Origin: Rotaria sordida
Taxonomy: Eukaryota
Assembly (NCBI GenBank): GCA_905250005.1
Contig: CAJNOH010000501.1
Location: forward strand, 45,788-65,408
Reading direction: 5' to 3'
Length of the DNA: 19,621 nt
The first letter of the stretch is position 1. Every line of letters starts with the position of its first letter. Of the stretch, positions 11,064-19,621 are shown piece by piece. The position numbers and the translations under genes are program-made. The notes under the pieces were generated by a model that did not search any database, was not told the DNA's origin, and saw only the letters and a program-made list of their open reading frames with translations.

Positions 11064-12179
11064 ATGTTAGGTGATACATTCTACAGTACAATTGAGTTAT
11101 TATCCGTGGAACTTTGGCAAGAACTCTTTGAATATTTCACACCAAATGATTTATGGTATTCATTTCATGATTTAAATAGAAAAATTAATGCAATCATTGA
11201 TCAAACAATATTATATTTGAATTTTACAAAGCAAGGTACTTATCGTTACTTTGTAAAAAATATTTTAACATTAATGAATGTTGTTAATGTTCGATCATTA
11301 AAATTTAATAAATCAAATGAAATTCGACATTTTTTCTCGAAGATTTCTCTAAATTCATTAGTTCAACTTCGTGTATTATCATTAGATTTTATGTATTCTT
11401 TTGATGGTAATTCATTTACATTCTGGAAACAACTTTCATCGTTGAAATATCTACAATCATTGAAAATTATTTTTTGGGCAAGTTCAGGATCTGTTAATTG
11501 TTGTGACGAAAAGAAATATATTATTCGTTCAATATTTAACAATAATTATTGTCCATCATTGAAATCTTTCATGATTACCACTGGTGGTATCCAACAAGGC
11601 AGGCTAACAATTCCATCATTGATTTCAACGACTACAACAACAAATATTCAAAATTTATCCATTAACTCGTTGACTTTTAATGATTTGATTAAGTTACTTC
11701 CTGCAATGCAAAATGTCAAATCATTTTGTATTGATTACGATTTAAGATATGATAATTGGTCTAATGAGCAACAACAATCAATGGTGATTGATATACCATT
11801 GCTACCTAAATGTATTGACATGAATCTAAAATTATCAGATGATATAACATTTGAACATGTTGAATATTTATTAAAACATACACAAAATTTAAAAAAATTA
11901 TTTATGTGGGGATGGTATCATTTATTTGATGCAATGAAATGGGAATTTTTGTTATCAATGTATTGTTCGAAACTTATAAAATTTCATTTGATATGTAGTG
12001 GTCCAATTTGGAGTGATGAGTTCGATCAAATAATCGATAATTTTCAACAAATATATCCAACAAGACTATTTTGGATCGAACGAAATATTACAATTTCAGA
12101 TGATGATGTATCCGGTCATGATTATCGTTCTGATATTGCTGTTGAATTTAATATAAAAAATAAGGTAAGTTCAATGTAA
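11064..12179 (+). CDS. F-box-like protein with LRR-like C-terminal region
   Basis: Long ORF (377 aa from 11046; probable real start at 11064 after an acceptor TTTTAG). N-terminus IELLSVELWQELFEYFTPNDLWYSFHDLNRKINAII fits an F-box helical pattern, followed by leucine-rich repeats (LKYLQSLKIIF, IQNLSINSLTFNDLIKLLPAMQNVKSF). A donor GTAAGT at 12165 and acceptor ending 12233 could give a 9-nt terminal coding exon ending at 12242. Confidence 0.75.
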   Translation: MLGDTFYSTIELLSVELWQELFEYFTPNDLWYSFHDLNRKINAIIDQTILYLNFTKQGTYRYFVKNILTLMNVVNVRSLKFNKSNEIRHFFSKISLNSLVQLRVLSLDFMYSFDGNSFTFWKQLSSLKYLQSLKIIFWASSGSVNCCDEKKYIIRSIFNNNYCPSLKSFMITTGGIQQGRLTIPSLISTTTTTNIQNLSINSLTFNDLIKLLPAMQNVKSFCIDYDLRYDNWSNEQQQSMVIDIPLLPKCIDMNLKLSDDITFEHVEYLLKHTQNLKKLFMWGWYHLFDAMKWEFLLSMYCSKLIKFHLICSGPIWSDEFDQIIDNFQQIYPTRLFWIERNITISDDDVSGHDYRSDIAVEFNIKNKVSSM

Positions 12180-14277
12180 AATGCTTGTCGTATACAATAT
12201 TTAATTTGAACATTTTTTTTATGAGTAATTCAGATAAGATGATTAGTTTAAAACTTCCTCTACAAATAAAGCTAAAATAGCGTCTGTCAAGTCACGTACT
12301 ATATTAAGAACTATTGTAGAAAGACAGAGAATATCAATCAAAGACAAACAAAACGAACACTGAAGCTATGTATTAAGAGAACTGTTATGTCAAAGTTTGA
12401 TACTGAAAAAATTGACTTCTTTTTCACTAAACTTTTATAATTAGTCATATTGCAAAGTTGATCACTATGATCTTTCGTATTCAAATGAAGATCATTTTTT
12501 TTCAGAAGTGTCATATGAGATTAGCATTTGTATTCAAATGATTCGTAATGGTTTGGCATTATTTTCATTAGAATTAATTGATACCAAGCTGATAGCATTA
12601 GTTTTAATTCTAATAGATAGATTATCAACAAATAAATCTCGGGCATATTAAGTTCGGAAATCTTCAAAACCAAATAGTTTTATTCCTTTTGACAAATAGC
12701 ACTTTTAACTACGAAAACTCTTTGATTTTATCGTCAAAAATTACGAAGATGAACTCTGAAAAATATACATGTAGCTAACATATGTATTAGAATTAAAAAT
12801 AGCGCTACTTTAATGCTAATAGCGTAACATTGATTAATTCTAATGCCAATCATACTAAAAAATCAAAATAAATTTTGATACTAATATTAATCTGACAACT
12901 CTATTCATCTCTTTAGTTAAAATAATCGATTTTCTTGATGTTGCATTATAGCTTTTTGCATACGATTGTGAAAGATTCTTTTCTGAAATGTTAATTAAAT
13001 AGATAATATCTCAGAACTTAAATGAAGTAAAAAGTCATATTTTTTTAGAGATACGTACAGTAATACAAGGTGTAACTGTATCATAAGATTTGAGAGCAAA
13101 TAAAATCAATCGTGTAACGATATCAAAAACATAAAGTGTATTATTTACTTTAGTTACAATAATATATTTCTGTTAAGATACTTTCCTCTTCACAACACAA
13201 GCTTACATTAATCATTTACTCTCCGGATACTGTTCATAACATCCGTACCGTAATCTTACGTGATGCATGCATGCTAAAGGATTGTTGATTTTACGTTTTT
13301 CAATAAAAATAAAGATCTTTAATATTTCATGAATTGTTTTTAGTAATCGTAATATTTGTAAAATAATGAAAGATCATTGCTAAAGAATAACAGAATATGA
13401 ATATAGTAATAACTGAAAGTAGCTGCATTTATAGTCTTTGTTTTTCTCCTATTTTCTCTTTTTATTGTAGTCGAACAAATGTGAATAGTGATATGATGTG
13501 CTCGACTGTCAGAAAAGAAATTATTATTTTTTTCTCAGAGCTTTTGTTTTTTGTTTTTCAATATTTCATTGCTGAAATTTTTTTTTTTGATTTTTGTTAT
13601 AAATTCTTCTTTGTAATTTTTTCTGTCGATTATCTATTGTCGTTATTGTTTATTCTCTAGCGAGCTATTATTTTTGTTTTTACATTAAAGAAAAAACAAA
13701 TATTGTAGAACTATGGTATGTTGGTTTTCTCTTCGTTATGTTAATATAATAAAAACGTTTCTGTGCTTAGATTGAACGAAATATTCTTGTTCATTATATT
13801 ATCTTGGAAGACTTACTCGTCTGGCACTAGATCTAATGAGATTAATTATCCTGTTCAATAAAGATTAAAAAATGAAACCATCAAGAACAAATATCTTATC
13901 ACAAGAACTAGCAATAGTTCATTGATTTTTAGCAATTTTCGCTATATTATTGAAGATTATTTTGATGTGTTTTTTCTAGATAATAATGGAAATCAGATGA
14001 TTGTTTTGAGTCTCTGTGAACGAAATTGATCGCAGAGAATAGAAACTATTTAGTCAGAGTTATGTTAAACCTTAGAGTTAATCCGAAAGACAAAACACTA
14101 CTTGACACCCAGATAGAACTCGACTCATTTTTTTTTTTGGTAATTGAGTCTGCAGAAGTTCATCTCGGAATGGAAAGATGAAAACGCTTACCTAGCAGTA
14201 CGTTTGATTCACTTGCTAAAAAAATTCATTTGAAAAAAGAGTTCTTATCTTTATTCATTTGTCTGATCAACCTTAGT

Positions 14278-14354
14278 GGGTCTGAGTGTGGATGTATCTG
14301 TGAATGTGTGTAGGTGCAATGGAATAATATATTCACATTCATACCCCACATCCA
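14278..14354. repeat. Telomere-like inverted cassette
   Basis: GGGTCTGAGTGTGGATGTATCTGTGAATGTGTGTAGGTG ... ATTCACATTCATACCCCACATCC. Confidence 0.6.
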
Positions 14355-15021
14355 GCAAATCAGAACTACAGTATCGTTTTAGGGGTATAACATTCGCGTC
14401 TATATGGTTTTTGTCCTTGTCATATACCTGAGTCAATTGAAGAGAAAAACTACAGCATATTCTTAGTTTTCCCAATGGTTATAGATGTTTATGTACTAAC
14501 AGAATGTTCGTACAAGATTAAATTTCAAAAATTATCAAAAATTAATTTTTCCTTGATCAGAATGAATTTTATTTATAACAGCGATACAGCTCAATTGCAA
14601 AGCAGATAACATAAAAAGAAAAGAGTAGAAAAATCATTCTTCATCAACTGTCAGATTGTTTTTTGTTTTTAGTGATTAGGAAAATTTTCTGAGTATGTTG
14701 CTGAATCTATTGGCATATGTGATAACAATAATGATTATGTTTTTCTATTTAAATAAGCTGCTTGATTTGGTAAAGTAAATAACCAATGGCATTGATATTT
14801 GAAGAAGAATTTGATCATTGACCAAGTTGATTTGTAATTTAACCGTCGTTGATCATTGAGTGCATGTTGTTCTTGTTTATTCAGTGATGATGATGTTTCG
14901 AATTGAGGTATATCATCATCAGTTGTGGGTCCATAAATATTTTTAACAATCATAGTCATGATCATAATAAAAATTCGTTGTACAATATTGATTTGATAAA
15001 TAAATTTTTTAAGACGAGTAA

Positions 15022-15840
15022 TTAAACTTTTTTCATTTTTTTTAAAACTTGTATTCGATGTTTATCTATGTTTTTCTCGAGATCATTATCGATATTCGGA
15101 TAGGCTGGATCGTAGTTTCGTCGAATTCGTTCATGATAATCGAAAATAATTTGAAAGCGACGATCATCATAGAAATAAGGTACTCTTATAAGTAGTTTTA
15201 CAAGTGAACAAAATGTTAAATCAGCTGCCGAAAATTGATTACCGACAAGATAATCATTTGTACGCAAATGATTTCCAATGTCTAAAAGAATTTGTTCTGC
15301 TTTTTCTTTTATTTATTCTTAACGCATACGATGAACTTGATATCGAGCAATTATAAAAGCAACGATGAATAGAATAAATCAACGTGAGCGAATATCATCT
15401 GGATTATTGGCCCATGGATACTTTTCACGGAGTACAAGTGACAATACATTTGGACTTTCTGTGAGTATTTGAACATAAGCAATACGATGTCCATAAAGAC
15501 CTAATGTCGAATCAAGACGTAAACATGTATCAATCACTTGTTGACGTTCTTTATTTGATGATGGAAAAAGGGATAGAGATGATTGAGGATATTGAGTGTC
15601 CAAATAGAGTAAAATTGGTGTTGAATCATAATGGAATTGATTATCATCTTTATTGTTTGGATCTTCAATCATCGGCATTAGTTTAGGCGTTATTTTAGGT
15701 GCTTGTTCTAAACCTTTTGTTTTTCCGAATGGCTTATAATTTATTAATTCATAGGGAATTTCTTTCAAATCCAACGCTCAACGAACTTTATCACAGTAAT
15801 GAGACCATTGTGTTGTATAGAAACGAATACGTTGTATCAT
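15022..15840 (-). pseudogene. Glutathione S-transferase-like gene with four in-frame stops
   Basis: One frame from ATG 15840: MIQRIRFYTTQWSHYCDKVR*ALDLKEIPYELINYKPFGKTKGLEQAPKITPKLMPMIEDPNNKDDNQFHYDSTPILLYLDTQYP...YPWANNPDDIRSR*FILFIVAFIIARYQVHRMR*E*IKEKAEQILLDIGNHLRTNDYLVGNQFSAADLTFCSLVKLLIRVPYFYDDRRF... GST-N (CxKVRxALDxKxIPYE) and GST-C (YLVGNQFSAADLTF) signatures are both present in the same frame. Stops at 15780-15778 (TGA), 15381-15379 (TGA), 15321-15319 (TAA), 15315-15313 (TAA). Confidence 0.8.
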
Positions 15841-16032
15841 CTTAAAAATATTTTGTTTCTAAAAAAAACCATAGAAGAATATCTTAATAGATACAGAGAG
15901 ATAAATCTGACAGTAGCATATCAATGTGAATCTGCTACAAGCAGGGTTATAATTAGAATTGAATCCGTCCAGTTAAAATAAACTTCGACCAGTTTCAAAT
16001 ATGACCAAGACTTCCATCAAAAACCTGAGACA

Positions 16033-16075
16033 AGGGTGTGGATAATCTCTTCAAACATCCACACCCACACCCTTC
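16033..16075. repeat. Telomere-like hairpin cassette
   Basis: AAGGGTGTGGAT - AATCTCTTCAAAC - ATCCACACCCACACCCTT. Confidence 0.7.
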
Positions 16076-16079
16076 GGAT

Positions 16080-16457
16080 GATGATGACGATCAAAATCAA
16101 AATAATTTACTGAATATGAAATTTTCTACACCTATGGCATCATCGCAATTACAACTTCAATATACAACAACATCAATGGTAACAACGAATCAATGACAAG
16201 TAAATGTTATGCCACTATCAACGCTTTCACCCCGTCGGCCAGCAAAACAATCACGAGCAACATCAGCAACACCACTACGAACAACGCAGCAAGAAATTGA
16301 AATAACCGATTTAGTGACACCTGTTAAATCAACAGTTATTATTACACAAGCAAATTATACAATACGTACACTTACTCTTTACAATCAGCAACGCCGATCA
16401 ATTTTACCAACATTTCCAACACTAATTTATAATCATGATCCAGATTTATTATTAGCT
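16080..16457 (+). pseudogene. Coding-like block of unknown family, interrupted by TGA at 16194-16196
   Basis: Same frame on both sides of the stop: YDDDQNQNNLLNMKFSTPMASSQLQLQYTTTSMVTTNQ*QVNVMPLSTLSPRRPAKQSRATSATPLRTTQQEIEITDLVTPVKSTVIITQANYTIRTLTLYNQQRRSILPTFPTLIYNHDPDLLLAK. Codon usage looks coding and the block ends at a telomere-like hairpin. Confidence 0.4.
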
Positions 16458-16573
16458 AAGGGTGTGGGTGTGGGTGCGTGGATGTGGGTATGCGTCTTTT
16501 CTTCACCCACACCCACCCTCTCTGTAAACTGAATTAAATGGTGTGGATATGAGTGTGGATGGATGTCTGGGTA
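16458..16573. repeat. Telomere-like hairpin cassette plus adjacent G-rich patch
   Basis: AAGGGTGTGGGTGTGGGTGCGTGGATGTGGGTATGCGTCTTTTCTTCACCCACACCCACCCTC, then GGTGTGGATATGAGTGTGGATGGATG. Confidence 0.7.
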
Positions 16574-17169
16574 TCCATGAAAATAATACTCATACACTTT
16601 CATTAAAAAAAACGAAGTCAAGATTTAATCTTTCAAGACCCTATACATTTGCATCAGAAGATCGAAAACTAAAACCGTTAATTTTACCTTTGAAAAATAG
16701 TTTTAGATGTCCATAGAAAAAATTTATTTCAACTCAAATAGCCGATAAAAAAGCAATCATTATTCACTTTTGAATACATTCCAAGAGACAGTGTGACAAG
16801 AATATAATGTTCATTTCGACTCTTTATTTCAAAAACTTTCAGGATAAATATATAATTACTTGAGACAAAACAGTGTGCTCTGTCTGATTTTTGAGAGACA
16901 CAGTTGAATTCAATCAGATACATGTGTGTTTTTTTATGATAAAAATAGAAAATACGATTAAATTATCGCGTTGAAAAACGTATATTTCATTGATTTACAC
17001 AGATTCTGTTATGCGGAAAAATTCTTTCAATAAACGGACGATCGATATTATTTACTCTAAAAACTGATAAAACGACATCATTTATTATAATGAAAAATGT
17101 TGAAGCAATTTGCATAGAAATATTTTTCATCGACATTCATATTACTTAGGGATATCCAAAAGTAGTGAC

Positions 17170-18695
17170 CAGTGCTGCCACCTTTTGAAGTCCGAAAAGC
17201 AGAAAGACAGCAGAAAGTATGTTTGTGATATGAAACTAACGGGTAGCTCGTAATAAAAGAGGATCTTAGTATTTTGTTAATATCTTAAGCGTTATCTTAT
17301 CGCTCACACTTAATTTTTTCATTGAAAGATTCATCGTCTGATTCTGCAGAAATTGGTATATTTCGTTGTAAAAAATACTTATCTCTCGTTCGACGTCATC
17401 GTGATTCAAAACAAGCATTACATACAACTTTTAAAATCTCTATTTTTTTCAATTTTTTCCGAAAACATCCAGTCCCTAGATTAATTTTATTATCATTGAT
17501 CGTGCCATATTCTTTATACAGCAATAAAATAAATTGTCTTCGGTACGTTGATTGAAATGAACCAATTTATCTTTTAAGTGGCGAACAAATTATACCCAAA
17601 GTAACAGGATTAATTGAGAAAATGAACATTTTGGAAGAAAATTGAAAAAAAAAGGAAGACTTTGAAAGTTGTATGTAATGCTTATTTTAAATCATGATGA
17701 TATTGAAAGAGAGATAAGTGTTTTTTACAGCGAAATATACAAATTTCTGCAGAATCAGACGGTAAATCGTTCGATAAAAAAATAAAGCGTGAGCGATAAG
17801 ATAACGCTTAAGATATTAACAAAATACTGAGACTCTCTTTTATTACGAGCTATCCGTTAGTTTTAAATTTTAGTGTCAGTATACTAATCACTCGCATTGT
17901 ATGGCATCACAAAATTCAACTAATTAACAAATAGACAGAATCATTGAACATGTTTGCTTTTTAAGAAGTATTCTTCATCTGATTTAAGAGCTTTTGATAA
18001 ATCTTTTTTACCTAATAAATATTCATCCATTACAGTGATTATCAATATTAGCTTTTTATTAGCAATGTTCAGAAAACTGTTGATGACAAACGAAAAATGT
18101 TAATTGAGACAAATCAAATTTATATTCTTTTAAAGATCATTAATATTCGACAACATTGAACTATTCTCTGTTGAAGATAATTATATTCAATTTCTGTTTT
18201 CCGGTTGAACTTCTGATGACATAATTATTACTTCAGCAACTACCACTACTTTGTGAATACCTTCTTCGCTAGTCGAGCTGTCATTATCATCTAGAGCTGT
18301 TTTTTCTGTTCCTTTTCTCTCACTAATCATATTAATTATTCATGTTCATCTAGTAAACAAACGAAAGCATGTATATGTTGATGTACATAAATTACATAAG
18401 TAATTATAATATGATAGAAAACCATAGGTAAATAATTGATTTAAAGCCAAATATATAGGTTGGTAGTTGTTTGTAGTCAGTAGAAAATAAAAATCATCTG
18501 TATCAAATAGAAAGAATTAGAATGGCAAAAAAATATCAGTAGTTTGTGATATGGGTTTTTTAATAATTATGGAAACGAAGGTATTTCAAGTGAAAAATGT
18601 TGATTGAAATAATAAATAACACCGTATCAAAAAAAGCAGAAAATTCTTGAAAAAACAGAAAAAACTTCAAAAAGCAGAAGAGGTGGCAGCTCTGG
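17170..18695. mobile_element. hAT-like non-autonomous element nested in the outer element
   Basis: Left terminus CAGTGCTGCCACCTTTT (17170 on). Reverse complement of right terminus CAGAGCTGCCACCTCTT (18695 inward). Exact 8-bp direct repeats GTAGTGAC flank it at 17162-17169 and 18696-18703. The CAG...CTG ends and 8-bp duplication are typical of hAT elements. Confidence 0.8.
17233..17863. repeat. Long foldback (inverted repeat) with about 236-bp arms
   Basis: Left arm 17233-~17468 (AAACTAACGGGTAGCTCGTAATAAAAGAGG...TATTTTGTTAATATCTTAAGCGTTATCTTATCGCTCAC...GTCTGATTCTGCAGAAATTGGTATATTTCG...AAGCATTACATACAACTTT) matches the reverse complement of ~17627-17863, including an exact run TATTTTGTTAATATCTTAAGCGTTATCTTATCGCTCAC. 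Spacer about 158 bp. Confidence 0.9.
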
Positions 18696-19621
18696 TAGTG
18701 ACAGTAATACTATAATACCATATATTAAGCTTTAAGAAACTTTCTTTCTACAGTCTGACAGATGAAAGAATACTATATTTGTCTATGCTATTTAATCACA
18801 CTTCAACTAATACCATGATATTAAAATTTCGATAGGAGCTGTTTTTCTATCATATGGGACTGTCATACACATGTTTTTTAATTAACTTATGAGAGAAACA
18901 GGATAGAGAGCTGCGGATTTCACTGTTCAAAAGCAGAGACGAAGATACATTGAATTGCATATTATATGTTCGCCTAGACATTATCTGGAGTTTCTTCAAT
19001 CAACTTTCTAAGCATTGAAAAAAATAATTTTCTATTGCTTTACAGAAATTGTTAGAAAAGTCACTTAGAGCGGTAATTAAAATATCTATAACTCAGAAAT
19101 GATTAATTCTAAACATGTTAATCTTGTGCAGTGTCTTAGACCTTTCATTGATGGTTTAAATGCATGCTTGGCAATTGAGAGTCTGCTATAAACATATAAG
19201 TATGATTAAATAGCATAGAAAATTAGAGTATTTTTGTCTCTATCAGACTGTATAGAAAGAGAGTTTCTTAAAGCATAATATATGGTATTAAAATGTTGCT
19301 GCCACTATTTCTGGATATCCCTAAATAACTCTCAAATTTCTGTGTTTTTTATGTGAACATTTTTCATGATAAAAAATTGGTATTTTAATTAAAAATCTAT
19401 TCCACCTTTAACAATCTCAATTTTAACATTGATCTATAAAAATTTAAGTTGTTCTACAAGAAGATTTTTAAAATAAAGCTCAGAGAATTGATACTTTTCA
19501 TCAAGAAAATCAATAAAAAAGGACGAAAAAATGCACTTGGTAAATCTCTGAAACGAATAATTACACGTACATGCAAAATTAAACAAAGTTCTTTTCTGTT
19601 TTCCAGTCATTGCCTGGAAAT

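Larger units (their letters stand above)
17149..19321. mobile_element. Non-autonomous DNA element with about 120-bp terminal inverted repeats and TA flanks, interrupted by a hAT-like insertion
   Basis: Left end TA|GGGATATCCAAAAGTAGTGAC continues after the insertion as AGTAATACTATAATACCATATATTAAGCTTTAAGAAACTTTCTTTCTACAGTCTGACAG... (18704 on). The reverse complement of the right end reads TA|GGGATATCCAGAAATAGTGGCAGCAACATTTTAATACCATATATTATGCTTTAAGAAACTCTCTTTCTATACAGTCTGATAG... Length without the insertion is about 639 bp. Confidence 0.8.

Noticed and set aside
13397-13660. 87-aa Phe/Tyr-rich ORF
   Set aside because: Consistent with translation of T-rich low-complexity DNA.
14735-14965. Minus-strand ORF IVKNIYGPTTDDDIPQFETSSSLNKQEQ... 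downstream of the GST-like pseudogene
   Set aside because: Could be a 3' exon, but no clear splice link or conserved motif; not assigned.
15778-16196. Stop-codon reassignment or selenocysteine to explain in-frame TGA codons
   Set aside because: The kinase and calcium-sensor genes terminate normally at TGA, and the GST frame also has TAA stops, so gene decay is simpler.
16433-16621. Minus-strand ORF rich in HPHSYPHH/HTHIHAPTPTP
   Set aside because: Produced by translating the telomere-like repeats; no protein family signal.
1-19621. CRISPR arrays, tRNA or rRNA genes, bacterial operons or defence loci
   Set aside because: No regularly spaced direct repeats, no recognisable cloverleaf or rRNA segments, and gene structures are clearly eukaryotic with spliceosomal introns.

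Overview
AT-rich, intron-containing eukaryotic DNA. The gene families, very short introns and TGTGGG-like interstitial repeats suggest a bdelloid rotifer; this attribution is inference. Supported features: (1) an intronless APH/hydroxylysine-kinase-like phosphotransferase ORF (1164-2165 +); (2) a multi-exon gene with a B-box-like Cys/His N-terminus (about 3791-5081 +); (3) an 8-exon neuronal-calcium-sensor/recoverin-type EF-hand gene whose 195-codon reading frame can be reconstructed (7905-8906 +); (4) an F-box-like/LRR-like protein (11064-12179 +); (5) a GST-like gene on the minus strand interrupted by four in-frame stops (15840-15022); (6) a second coding-like block with one in-frame TGA (about 16080-16457 +). 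The strongest structural result is a nested transposon at 17149-19321. A hAT-like element (17170-18695; ends CAG(T/A)GCTGCCACCT, 8-bp duplication GTAGTGAC) sits inside the long terminal inverted repeat of a short element bounded by GGGATATCC and flanked by TA. Removing the insertion restores a matching pair of about 120-bp outer inverted repeats. Two further long foldback structures occur at 6392-6984 and 17233-17863. At least eight short G-rich telomere-like patches, several arranged as hairpins, are scattered across the window. I found no clear evidence for a new enzymatic or defence system; the unusual content is structural (nested or foldback mobile elements, telomere-like hairpin cassettes, decaying genes).
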